Part shown: one piece after another, positions 9,128-17,707 of the stretch
Layout: the number at the start of each line of letters is the position of its first letter
Numbering within the stretch: position 1 is the stretch's first letter
From: Oscillospiraceae bacterium
Lineage (GTDB): Bacteria; Bacillota; Clostridia; Oscillospirales; Butyricicoccaceae
Reading direction: 5' to 3'
Length of the DNA stretch: 64,000 nt
Assembly (NCBI GenBank): GCA_015068445.1
Contig: SVKN01000003.1
Span: 3,088 to 67,087, forward strand
The notes under the pieces: model-generated
The model's input: the letters and a program-made list of their open reading frames with translations, nothing else
Database searches by the model: none
What the model was told of the DNA's origin: nothing
Position numbers and translations under genes: made by a program

Positions 9128-9156
9128 TTGCAATTTGCCGCTCGTCGTGCTATTAT
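9128..9156 (+). promoter_or_regulatory. promoter of tRNA-Pro
   Basis: TTGCAA - 17 nt - TATTAT, with the -10 ending 11 nt upstream of the tRNA 5' end. Confidence 0.6.
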
Positions 9157-9167
9157 AGTTGAGCCGA

Positions 9168-9244
9168 CCGGGTGTAGCGCAGTTTGGTAGCGCGCTTGAA
9201 TGGGGTTCAAGAGGCCGCAGGTTCGACTCCTGTCACTCGGACCA
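9168..9244 (+). tRNA. tRNA-Pro (anticodon GGG), CCA encoded
   Basis: Manual cloverleaf fold. Acceptor CCGGGTG/CACTCGG, D arm GCGC-AGTTTGGTA-GCGC, anticodon arm CTTGA-ATGGGGT-TCAAG, T arm GCAGG-TTCGACT-CCTGT, discriminator A plus CCA. Confidence 0.9.
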
Positions 9245-9248
9245 GATC

Positions 9249-9292
9249 GAGTGGTCATAACTGATTTGAGGTTATGACCACTCAATTTTTTT
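9249..9292 (+). terminator. intrinsic terminator after tRNA-Pro
   Basis: GAGTGGTCATAAC-(9 nt)-GTTATGACCACTC, a 13-bp stem followed by AATTTTTTT. Confidence 0.8.
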
Positions 9293-9374
9293 GTGCAGCA
9301 AAAAGAGCAGGCGCAGGGCCTGCTCTATTTTTATGCGTGGTCTGCGCGTCAACGGCGGGCCGCCGCGCTGGGAG

Positions 9375-10754
9375 CTAACGTCCGAGCATCGTGCTGTGGT
9401 ACAGCTCTGTCAGACCGGAGCGGGTCGTCGCGCCGGTTTTCCGGTAGAGCTGGGTCACGTATTTCTGCAGGGCCTTGACCTGGATGGAGAGCCGCCCGCT
9501 GATGACGGTCTGCTTGTCCTCGGTGAGCACCAGCTCCCGGAGCACCTCTGTCTCCCGGGGCGTCAGCGCGTATTTCTCGCGCATCCGGTCGAAGGTATCC
9601 TCCGCCGAGAGCAGCGCGGGCGCATGATGCGTCTCGTGAGAGGCGCTCAGATCGAAGCCGTCGCTGACGCTCAGCAGCACGATCATGCACGCCAGCGCGA
9701 AGATGTTCAGCGCCAGTACCGCGGCAGCGGGAAGCGCGGAGATGTGGAGCAGCCCGGCCAGCAGCACCATGGCACTGTCCAGGACCCTGCCCATAGATGC
9801 CCAGAGCGCCGGCTGCCTTGTCCGGAATGCCAGCCGCCAGAAGGTCAGGTTGTAGTAGGAAACGGCCGCGGCGATGGCGCAGTAGAACAGGCACATATTC
9901 AGCCAGTAAGCGCCCGGGCTGCCGTTGAGCACGGAATTGAGCATGGCGACCAGCGCGATGCACAGCGCCGCCATCGGCACTAGTCTCCCCTGCCGCCTGT
10001 CGCCGATGGCAGCAAAGAGCAGGTAGCCGGGGACCAAAAGCAGCCTCGGCCAGCTGTAGACGTTGTAGGCCGTGTAGCCGGACCGGATCTGCAGATGATG
10101 GATATAGCCGTTGTAAAAGCTGGTGAGCAGCAGGAAGGACGACGCGATCAGGCAGGCGAAGAGGAGCTGACGCGGCGCTGCCGCCTCCGGCGCGGGGCCC
10201 AGCTGAGACTCCGGCGAGCCCCGCAGCAGCAGGACCGCCAGCAGCGCCGCGGCGCCCAGCGCGAAAACGGGCAGGAGCGGCGTGACGCCCCACCGGAGCT
10301 GCAGGACGTATTGCAGCGCCACGGCCGCGGCGCTGCCGATCCCCATGCTCCGGGCGGTCTTCTCCCCCGCAGCTGATGCGCGGCTCATGCGGCGATAGAC
10401 CGCGCCGCCCAGACAGCCGAGGCAGGGCATGACCGCGTAGGTGACGGCCAGATAGAACCGCGACGCTCTGTCCGCAAACAGCATCGCCGCCGCTGCCGCG
10501 GCAAAGGCAGCCAACGCGGCGCCGAGCATCGTCCGGCGGGCGCGCTCCCCGCGGATCAGGCAGTCCGCGCCCGCATAGGCCAGAAAGCCGAGGATTACGT
10601 ATACCTGCAGGACGTAGTAGACCTGCTCCCGCCGCCCGGCGGAGAGGTAGCCCTCGCCTGCACGGTTCCCGAGTCCCAATACGGTGAACTGCAGAAACAT
10701 AAAGGCAGCGAACAGTCCGGTCAGAGACAGATCTCTTTTTGCTCTCTCGGACAT
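9375..10754 (-). CDS. polytopic membrane protein with C-terminal LuxR-type HTH
   Basis: About 10-12 hydrophobic helices followed by LTPRETEVLRELVLTEDKQTVISGRLSIQVKALQKYVTQLYRKTGATTRSGL (GerE/LuxR HTH). SD AAGGAGG lies 8 nt upstream. Confidence 0.75.
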   Translation of the reverse strand: MSERAKRDLSLTGLFAAFMFLQFTVLGLGNRAGEGYLSAGRREQVYYVLQVYVILGFLAYAGADCLIRGERARRTMLGAALAAFAAAAAAMLFADRASRFYLAVTYAVMPCLGCLGGAVYRRMSRASAAGEKTARSMGIGSAAAVALQYVLQLRWGVTPLLPVFALGAAALLAVLLLRGSPESQLGPAPEAAAPRQLLFACLIASSFLLLTSFYNGYIHHLQIRSGYTAYNVYSWPRLLLVPGYLLFAAIGDRRQGRLVPMAALCIALVAMLNSVLNGSPGAYWLNMCLFYCAIAAAVSYYNLTFWRLAFRTRQPALWASMGRVLDSAMVLLAGLLHISALPAAAVLALNIFALACMIVLLSVSDGFDLSASHETHHAPALLSAEDTFDRMREKYALTPRETEVLRELVLTEDKQTVISGRLSIQVKALQKYVTQLYRKTGATTRSGLTELYHSTMLGR

Positions 10755-10904
10755 GGCGCTCGCCTCCTTTTCGTGGATTGTTATATTATAGAAGAAACAG
10801 CAGTCTCATACAAGACGACAAATCGGAAAACAGGCTCCTTGCAGGCCTCCGCAGGCAGGCTTCTTCACCTTGGCAAGCCGCTTTGACGAAATAAAGGGAC
10901 TATC

Positions 10905-10933
10905 TTGAACCCGGCGGGTCGATGCTTTATAAT
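10905..10933 (+). promoter_or_regulatory. promoter of the hybrid kinase operon
   Basis: TTGAAC - 17 nt - TATAAT. Confidence 0.5.
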
Positions 10934-10983
10934 ATGGACAGAAGAAATATGATCCCGACGCGGGGCGCTCTTGTTTTTACGAG

Positions 10984-13900
10984 GTGATGATCTTGAACGG
11001 TCAAAAGAATACCACTACTCTCATCGTGGTCGCGGGCAGCATCGCGCTGGTGCTGATCCTTGTCTTCGGCACGATCTGGACGGGCCGCAGCGCCCGTGCG
11101 GACACGGAGTCCGCGGTGCGCTCGGTGAGCCTGCTGTATCTGGACGAGCTGGCGAGCCGCCGCGAGCAGGTGGTCGCCGGCAACATGAAGGAGAAGGAGG
11201 ACGTCATCGAGACGGCGCTGGAGCTGATGACCGAGGAGGACCTCAGCGATACGGCGCATCTGCAGGCGTACCAGGCGAAGATAAAGCGGCTGTTCAAGCT
11301 GGAGAAGTTCGCCTTCGTCGACGCGGACGGTGTCATTTACACCTCCATGGGCATGCAGACGGACATCGACCAGTACCGCTTCGACTATCTCCATATGGAG
11401 GGGCCGGAGATCTCCATCAAGAACCCGGAGAGCGCGGACAAGAAGGTCATCATCGCCGTGCCCGTGGAAATGACGTTCCAGGGCAAGGAGCTGACGGTCT
11501 GCTTCATGGAGATCGATATGGACGAGATGCTGTCCGGCGTCTCCATGGCCGCGCAGGCGGACGGCGCCACGTACTGCAACATGTACACCGGCGACGGCAT
11601 CGCCCTGACCAACACGGTCCTGGGCGGTCTGGCAGAGGAGGACAACCTGCTGGAGGCCCTTGAAAACGCGCAGTTCGACCCCGGCTACTCCCATGCGGGC
11701 TTCGTGCGCGACTTCACCGAGGGCAACAGCGGCGAGATCTGCTTCACCTACAACAACATCCGCGAGACGCTCAGCTACGTCCCCGTCACGGGCACCGACT
11801 GGTTCCTGACCTACCTGATCCGCGAGAGCGTCATCATCGACAACATCAGCGCCATTTCCTCCGGCATCATCCGGCGCAGCATGATCCAAACGGGCTTGAC
11901 GGTGCTGGTGCTGATCGGGATGTTCGGCTATATCTTCCGTCAGGCGCGCCGGAACGCGAAGCTGACGCTGGCCGACGCGGAGAACCGCGTCAAGCAGGAG
12001 GAGATGGCGCGGCAGCTGGCGCTGCAGGACGAGCTGCTGGCCCAGAAGCAGCAGCAGCAGGAGCAGAACCGCATGATCACGGCGCTGGCCTCGGACTACT
12101 GGAGCGTCTATTACCTCGATCTCGACACCGACGACGGCGTGTGCTATCAGTCTCACGAGGATCTGGACAGTGGCTTCCGTGTGGGCGACCGGTTCAAATA
12201 CCTCGCCTCCGTCACGGCCTATGCCAGGGCCAACATCAGGGAGGAATATCTGGACGAGTTCCTGCGCTTCATCCAGCCGGAGAACGTCCGGGCCGGACTG
12301 AAGGAGCAGCGCGTCATCGCCTATCGCTATATGGTCCGCCGCCACGGCCGCGACACCTGGGAGGAGGTCCGCTTCGCGGGCGTTCGTCACCCGGAGGACC
12401 GCAACGCCCACCTCGTACACGCGGTGGGCGCCTGCTTCGTCGACGTGGACCGCGAGACGCGCAAGAGCATGGAGCAGCAGCAGGCGCTGCAGGAGGCGCT
12501 GAAGGAGGCCGAGTCCGCCAACCGCGCCAAGACCGCGTTCCTCAGCAATATGTCCCATGAGATCCGCACGCCCATGAACGCCATCATCGGCCTTGACAGC
12601 ATCGCGCTGAACGACACGTCGATCTCCGCCCAGACGCGGGAGTATCTGGAGAAGATCGGCACCTCGGCCCATCACCTGCTGGGCATCATCAACGATATCC
12701 TCGACATGAGCCGCATCGAATCCGGCCGACTGACGATCAAGAACGAGGAGTTCTCGTTCTCCAAGGCGCTGGAGCAGGTGAACGCGATCATCAACGGCCA
12801 GTGCCGCGACAAGGGCCTTCGGTACGAGTGCCGCACCGTGGGACAGATCGACGAGTATTACATCGGCGACGACATGAAGCTGAGGCAGGTGATGATCAAC
12901 ATCCTCGGCAACGCCGTCAAGTTCACGCCGGAGGGCGGCACGGTGTCCTTCCTCATCGAGGACGTCGCCCGCATGGACAACAAGGCGACGCTGCGCTTTA
13001 CGATCCGCGACACGGGCATCGGCATGAGCAGGGAGTACCTGCCCCGGCTGTTCGACGCGTTCTCTCAGGAGGATTCCTCCAGCACCAACCGCTACGGCAG
13101 CGCAGGGCTCGGCATGCCCATCACCAAGAGCATCGTGGAGCTGATGAACGGCGCCATCGAGGTGGAGAGCGAAAAGGGCAAAGGCACGACGTTCACCGTG
13201 ACGGTCACGCTGACGCAGGCGAACCACCCCGGCGCGGAGCCGGGCGATATCGAGCTGCGGCCCCATGAGATGAGCGTCCTCGTCATCGACGACGACCGCA
13301 TCGCCTGCGAGCACGCGGAGGTCATCCTCGGCCAGGTGGGCATCAGCTGCGAAAGCGTGCTGTCGGGCCGGGAGGCCGTGGAGATGGTCAGGATGCGCCA
13401 CGCCCGCCGGGAGGATTACAACCTGATTCTCGTGGACTGGAAGATGCCGGAGATGGACGGTCTGGAGACCACCCGTCAGATCCGCACCATCGTAGGGCCC
13501 GATACGCCCATCATCATCCTGACCTCCTACAACTGGGAGGACATCGAGCAGGAGGCCCGGGAGGCCGGCGTGGACACCTTCGCCGCCAAGCCCCTGTTCG
13601 CCGGGACCGTCATGGACGAGTTCCGGGAGGCGTTCAAGCGCAAGAACGCACGGCTGGTGCGTGAGACCGTGGACCTCAAGGGCCGCCGCATCCTGCTGGC
13701 GGAGGACGTGATGGTCAACGCCGAGATCATGATGATGGTCCTCTCCATGCGGGAGATGGAGGTGGAGCACGCCGAAAACGGCAGGATCGCCGTAGACATG
13801 TTCCGCAGCCATGAGCCGGGCTATTACGACGCGATCCTCATGGATATGCGCATGCCGGAGATGGACGGTCTGGAGGCGACGCGGACCATCCGCGAGCTGG

Positions 13901-14058
13901 ACCGCCCGGACGCAAAATCCATCCCCATCATCGCGCTGACGGCCAATGCCTTCGACGAGGACGTCCAGCGGAGCATGCAGGCGGGCCTCGACGCGCATCT
14001 CAGCAAGCCCGTGGAGCCTGAGCTGCTGTTCGAGACGCTGGAAAACCTGATCCGATGA
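10984..14058 (+). CDS. hybrid sensor histidine kinase with two receiver domains
   Basis: N-terminal TM plus periplasmic sensor plus second TM. HisKA box SHEIRTPMNAIIG, HATPase (GNAVKFT, DTGIGM, GSAGLGM), then two REC domains (VLVIDDD...DWKMPEMDG and ILLAEDV...DMRMPEMDG...LTANAF). The exact start (GTG 10984 or ATG 10987) is uncertain. Confidence 0.9.
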   Translation: MMILNGQKNTTTLIVVAGSIALVLILVFGTIWTGRSARADTESAVRSVSLLYLDELASRREQVVAGNMKEKEDVIETALELMTEEDLSDTAHLQAYQAKIKRLFKLEKFAFVDADGVIYTSMGMQTDIDQYRFDYLHMEGPEISIKNPESADKKVIIAVPVEMTFQGKELTVCFMEIDMDEMLSGVSMAAQADGATYCNMYTGDGIALTNTVLGGLAEEDNLLEALENAQFDPGYSHAGFVRDFTEGNSGEICFTYNNIRETLSYVPVTGTDWFLTYLIRESVIIDNISAISSGIIRRSMIQTGLTVLVLIGMFGYIFRQARRNAKLTLADAENRVKQEEMARQLALQDELLAQKQQQQEQNRMITALASDYWSVYYLDLDTDDGVCYQSHEDLDSGFRVGDRFKYLASVTAYARANIREEYLDEFLRFIQPENVRAGLKEQRVIAYRYMVRRHGRDTWEEVRFAGVRHPEDRNAHLVHAVGACFVDVDRETRKSMEQQQALQEALKEAESANRAKTAFLSNMSHEIRTPMNAIIGLDSIALNDTSISAQTREYLEKIGTSAHHLLGIINDILDMSRIESGRLTIKNEEFSFSKALEQVNAIINGQCRDKGLRYECRTVGQIDEYYIGDDMKLRQVMINILGNAVKFTPEGGTVSFLIEDVARMDNKATLRFTIRDTGIGMSREYLPRLFDAFSQEDSSSTNRYGSAGLGMPITKSIVELMNGAIEVESEKGKGTTFTVTVTLTQANHPGAEPGDIELRPHEMSVLVIDDDRIACEHAEVILGQVGISCESVLSGREAVEMVRMRHARREDYNLILVDWKMPEMDGLETTRQIRTIVGPDTPIIILTSYNWEDIEQEAREAGVDTFAAKPLFAGTVMDEFREAFKRKNARLVRETVDLKGRRILLAEDVMVNAEIMMMVLSMREMEVEHAENGRIAVDMFRSHEPGYYDAILMDMRMPEMDGLEATRTIRELDRPDAKSIPIIALTANAFDEDVQRSMQAGLDAHLSKPVEPELLFETLENLIR

Positions 14059-14504
14059 AGCAGATCAATAAAACACCGGAGGAGCGCTTCGTGCGCGCCT
14101 TCGTGAAAAAAGGATACCGGGAGCGGCTGCTGCACGAGCTGACCTCGCCCAAAAAGCGGACCCGCGGCCTCAGCCGCTTCTGCCATCAGATGGGGGAGCT
14201 GCTCGACCCGGCGCGCATCGCGCTGCAGGGCGGCGATCTGGAGCGTCAGCCGTCGTTCCGGACGTTTCTCGCGGCCCGCCGGGAGAGCTGCGTGCTTCTC
14301 TCCCCGGACGGCGCCTTCGACGGGCTGACGCTCCCTGCGGAGGAGGCGGCGGATGCGGCGTTTTTCGCGCCGGACGCCGTCATCGTCCTCGGCGGCGATT
14401 TCGCCGTCGTCTGCGGCGAGCCGATGAAGGGCGGCCGCGAAAAGGCGCTGCTGACTGCGCCTGCCCCTCATTCATCGAAAGGAGACGCATCCGATGACAA
14501 ATAA
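14055..14504 (+). CDS. hypothetical protein (149 aa), translationally coupled to the kinase
   Basis: ATGA overlap with the kinase stop, and an 11-nt overlap with the next gene. No family recognised. Confidence 0.5.
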   Translation: MKQINKTPEERFVRAFVKKGYRERLLHELTSPKKRTRGLSRFCHQMGELLDPARIALQGGDLERQPSFRTFLAARRESCVLLSPDGAFDGLTLPAEEAADAAFFAPDAVIVLGGDFAVVCGEPMKGGREKALLTAPAPHSSKGDASDDK

Positions 14505-15486
14505 AACCGATCCGGCCGTGATGCAGCGCATCGCGGCAGAGCTTGCAAGGCGCGAGGGCTACCCTCAGCGGGACTACAGCGACAAACACGCGAAAGCCGC
14601 CGCGCTCATCGCCGTCGAGGGCCATCCCCTGCAGACGCTGGCGCGAGAGAACGACGCGCTGGAAGCGCTGCTGGCGCGGCTGCAGGAGACATGTGACGAA
14701 GCGCTTTTGGCCCAGCTGAGCGAGCTGGCGATCCACTATGCCAAGAAGGGCGACCTGCTCTATCCCCTGCTGAAGGTGCGCTACGGCGTCGCCGGCCCCT
14801 CGGACCTCATGTGGACGACAGACGACGAGATCCGCGCCGAGCTGAGCGCCCTGACGCGGGACGACAATCGCGGCGACGCCCGGCAAGCGCGGCTGGATGC
14901 GCTGCTCCGGCGCGTGGAGAACATGATCCTTCAGGAGCGGAACGTCCTGTTCCCCATCTGCGCGGTCAACTTCACCGAGGACGAGTGGCGCGGCATTTAC
15001 CGGGACGAGGCGGATTACGGCGTCTGCTTCGGCGTGGAGCGCGCGGTCTGGGACGGCGCGGCGCAGGTCTCCCCTGCCCCGGCAGCGGACGGTGAGATCG
15101 TCCTGCCCGGCGGGAGTCTGACGCTCCGGCAGCTGACAGCGCTGCTCAACGTGATCCCCATGGAGATCACGTTCGTGGACGATCAAAATATCAACCGGTT
15201 CTTCAACGAGGGCCCGAAGGTCTTCAAGCGGCCGCAGATGGCCCTGGGCCGGGAGGTGTTTTCCTGCCACCCGCCGAAGATCGAGCCCATGGTGCGTCAG
15301 ATCGTCGACGATTTCCGGGCTGGACGGCGCGACAGCGTTCCCGTGTGGATGGAAAAGGACGGCCGCCCGATGCTCGTGCGGTACATGTCCGTGCGGGACA
15401 GAGACGGCGCGTATTTGGGCACCGTGGAGCTGGTGCAGGACATGACGTTCGCCCGGGAGCATTTCTCCCATGCGAAAAACGGATAG
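14494..15486 (+). CDS. hemerythrin-like/PAS protein of the DUF438 (COG2461) family
   Basis: C-terminal NVIPMEITFVDDQNINRFFNEGPKVFKRPQMALGREVFSCHPPKIEPMV...VELVQDMT is the PAS_10 module of DUF438 proteins. The preceding helical region (HYAKKGDLLYPLL...NVLFPIC) is hemerythrin-like. Confidence 0.7.
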   Translation: MTNKTDPAVMQRIAAELARREGYPQRDYSDKHAKAAALIAVEGHPLQTLARENDALEALLARLQETCDEALLAQLSELAIHYAKKGDLLYPLLKVRYGVAGPSDLMWTTDDEIRAELSALTRDDNRGDARQARLDALLRRVENMILQERNVLFPICAVNFTEDEWRGIYRDEADYGVCFGVERAVWDGAAQVSPAPAADGEIVLPGGSLTLRQLTALLNVIPMEITFVDDQNINRFFNEGPKVFKRPQMALGREVFSCHPPKIEPMVRQIVDDFRAGRRDSVPVWMEKDGRPMLVRYMSVRDRDGAYLGTVELVQDMTFAREHFSHAKNG

Positions 15487-15570
15487 CAAGCTATCCGATA
15501 TTCCTATTGGCGCAGAGACACGATATCCGTTATAATTAAGATCAACATGGATCATCAAAGGAGGAAAACA

Positions 15571-16704
15571 ATGATCTACAGAGATTTCCAGGGGCTGAAG
15601 CTGTCGGCCCTGGGCTTCGGCGCCATGCGCCTGCCTGTGCTGGCCGGCAACGACGGCCAGATCGACGAGGCGTCCTCCCTGCGCATGGTGGACGTCGCCA
15701 TGAAGAACGGCATCAACTATTACGACACCGCCTGGGGCTACCACGGCGGCAACTCGGAGCTCGTCATGGGCAAGGCGCTGGCCCGCTATCCCCGCGACAG
15801 CTTCTATCTCGCCACAAAGTTCCCCGGCTATGACGCCTCCAACTGGGGCAAGGTCGAGGAGATCTTCGAGCGTCAGCTGGAAAAGCTGGGCGTGGATCAC
15901 TTCGATTTCTACCTGTTCCACAACGTGTGCGAGATGAACATCGACGCGTATCTGGACGATGAGAAATACGGCATCTACAGCTACCTGATGGAGCAGAAGA
16001 AAAACGGCCGCATCCGTCATCTGGGCTTCTCCTGCCACGGCGGCATGGACGTGCTGACGCGCTTCCTGGACGCCTACGGCAAGGATATGGAGTTCTGCCA
16101 GCTGCAGCTGAACTATCTGGACTGGACGTTCCAGAACGGCAAAGGCAAGGTGGCGCTGCTGAACGAGCGAAATATCCCCGTGTGGGTCATGGAGCCGCTG
16201 CGCGGCGGCAAGCTGGCGAAGCTGGCGCCCGAGTATGAGAGCGAGCTGCGCGCGCTGCGCCCCGACGAGGAGATCCCCGCCTGGGCCTTCCGGTTCCTGC
16301 AGACGATCCCCGGCGTGACGATGATCCTGTCCGGCATGTCGAACGAGGAGCAGCTGGAGAAGAACCTCAAAACATTCTCCGAGGATCGGAAGCTGTCCGA
16401 CGCCGAGCAGGGCGCCCTGCTGGGGATCGCGGACAGGATGCTGTCCGTGGGCACTGTGCCCTGCACGGCCTGCCATTACTGCGTCAGCCACTGTCCCATG
16501 GGGCTGGACATCCCTGCCCTGCTGGCCCTGTACAACGAACACGCCTACACCGGCGGCGGCTTCATCGCGCCCATGGCGCTGAGCGCCCTGCCCGACGACA
16601 AGAAGCCGCAGGCATGTCTCCAGTGCCGCAGCTGCGAGCAGGTCTGCCCTCAGCAGATCAAGATCTCTGAAGCTCTGGCCGATTTCTCGGCAAGGCTGCG
16701 GTAA
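15571..16704 (+). CDS. aldo/keto reductase with C-terminal 4Fe-4S domain (COG1453-like)
   Basis: MIYRDFQGLKLSALGFGAMRLP, NYYDTAWGYHGG and HLGFSCHG form an AKR fold. C-terminal CTACHYCVSHCP...CLQCRSCEQVCP are ferredoxin-type clusters. SD AGGAGG lies 7 nt before the ATG at 15571. Confidence 0.8.
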   Translation: MIYRDFQGLKLSALGFGAMRLPVLAGNDGQIDEASSLRMVDVAMKNGINYYDTAWGYHGGNSELVMGKALARYPRDSFYLATKFPGYDASNWGKVEEIFERQLEKLGVDHFDFYLFHNVCEMNIDAYLDDEKYGIYSYLMEQKKNGRIRHLGFSCHGGMDVLTRFLDAYGKDMEFCQLQLNYLDWTFQNGKGKVALLNERNIPVWVMEPLRGGKLAKLAPEYESELRALRPDEEIPAWAFRFLQTIPGVTMILSGMSNEEQLEKNLKTFSEDRKLSDAEQGALLGIADRMLSVGTVPCTACHYCVSHCPMGLDIPALLALYNEHAYTGGGFIAPMALSALPDDKKPQACLQCRSCEQVCPQQIKISEALADFSARLR

Positions 16705-16713
16705 AAGAAAGCA

Positions 16714-16747
16714 TAAAAAAGGAGCCCTGCGGGGCTCCTTTTTTTAA
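16714..16747. terminator. bidirectional terminator
   Basis: AAAAAAGGAGCCC-TGCG-GGGCTCCTTTTTTT. Confidence 0.75.
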
Positions 16748-16753
16748 TTATTA

Positions 16754-17572
16754 TCAGACAAGCGGATGCTTTTTCAGCCACTGGACGGCGTCGGGGACGA
16801 AGGTCGTGCCCTGGAGGGAGTGGTCGGCGCCGTCGTAGAGGATCAGCTCGCATTCCTTGCCGGCGGCGACCATGCGCTCGTGGAGCGTTTTGGACTGGCG
16901 GGGATTGACGCGCCAGTCGTCGGTGCCTTGGCAGATCAGCAGGGGCGGGATGATCTTCTCGGGCCAGTGGGTGGCGGAGCGGGCGACGAACGCGTCGTGC
17001 TTTTCCTCGGGGCCGCCGCCCACCAGCTCGTGGTAGACGTCCTTCATGCTCTGCTCGCGGTCCTCATACATCATGAAGCTGTCGGCGATGCCGGCGCCGA
17101 CGACGGCAGCCCTGATGCGCGCGTCGCGGGCGCAGGACAGGTACGTCATCATGCCGCCGCGGGAGTGGCCGATCATGTAAACGCCGCTCTTGACGGTGAT
17201 AGGCAGCTCCAGCGCGATGTCGATCAGCTTGATCACATCGTTGACGTCCGCGCCGCCGAACTCCTCGTGGCCGGTGCCGCCCTGATTGCCGCGGTACTGG
17301 CTGCCCAGGACCACATAGCCGTGCTTCGCGAAGCGGCAGACGCCCTCGGGGCGCAGGAAGCCGAACTCACGGTTGCCGCCGCGGTTGTAGACGATGGCGG
17401 GCAGCGGCGTCTCGAAGGATTTGGGGAACGCGGCGTAGCCCGTAACCTCGCAGTCGTCGCTCTTATAGCGGATGCCGTAAAGAACGGTATCGGGGAACAG
17501 CTCGGGCGCGGGCAGCTCCGTGACGGTGAGCATCTCGGGGACCGCCTCGAGCATCTGTTTCAGATCGATCAT
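16754..17572 (-). CDS. alpha/beta hydrolase (S9 / dienelactone-hydrolase-like)
   Basis: Nucleophile elbow GHSRGG, downstream QGTDDWRV and GADHSL (Asp/His). SD AAAGGAG. Confidence 0.8.
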   Translation of the reverse strand: MIDLKQMLEAVPEMLTVTELPAPELFPDTVLYGIRYKSDDCEVTGYAAFPKSFETPLPAIVYNRGGNREFGFLRPEGVCRFAKHGYVVLGSQYRGNQGGTGHEEFGGADVNDVIKLIDIALELPITVKSGVYMIGHSRGGMMTYLSCARDARIRAAVVGAGIADSFMMYEDREQSMKDVYHELVGGGPEEKHDAFVARSATHWPEKIIPPLLICQGTDDWRVNPRQSKTLHERMVAAGKECELILYDGADHSLQGTTFVPDAVQWLKKHPLV

Positions 17573-17626
17573 AACGTCTCCTTTCGGCAGTACAGGGATG
17601 TAATGTTGCGTAATATCTTTAGGTAT

Positions 17627-17655
17627 ATTATGGGGAACGGGCGGCGTTTTGTCAA
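17627..17655 (-). promoter_or_regulatory. promoter of the alpha/beta hydrolase gene
   Basis: Minus strand reads TTGACA - 17 nt - CATAAT. Confidence 0.45.
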
Positions 17656-17666
17656 GAGGGCGGCTG

Positions 17667-17699
17667 AAAAGGCCGGGCCCGCAGAGCGGACCCGGCCTT
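17667..17699 (-). terminator. intrinsic terminator of the giant secreted protein gene
   Basis: Minus strand reads AAGGCCGGGTCCGC-TCT-GCGGGCCCGGCCTT followed by TTC. Confidence 0.7.
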
Positions 17700-17707
17700 G
17701 CCGTATT

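Noticed and set aside
9168-9244. tRNA-Pro as the attachment site of a genomic island covering the LuxR/kinase genes.
   Set aside because: There is no integrase or recombinase gene. No repeat of the tRNA 3' end was noticed downstream, and there is no compositional break.
14055-14504. The 149-aa ORF as a possible HPt phosphotransfer protein for the hybrid kinase.
   Set aside because: No HPt-like HxxKG motif or four-helix pattern is evident. It is left as hypothetical.
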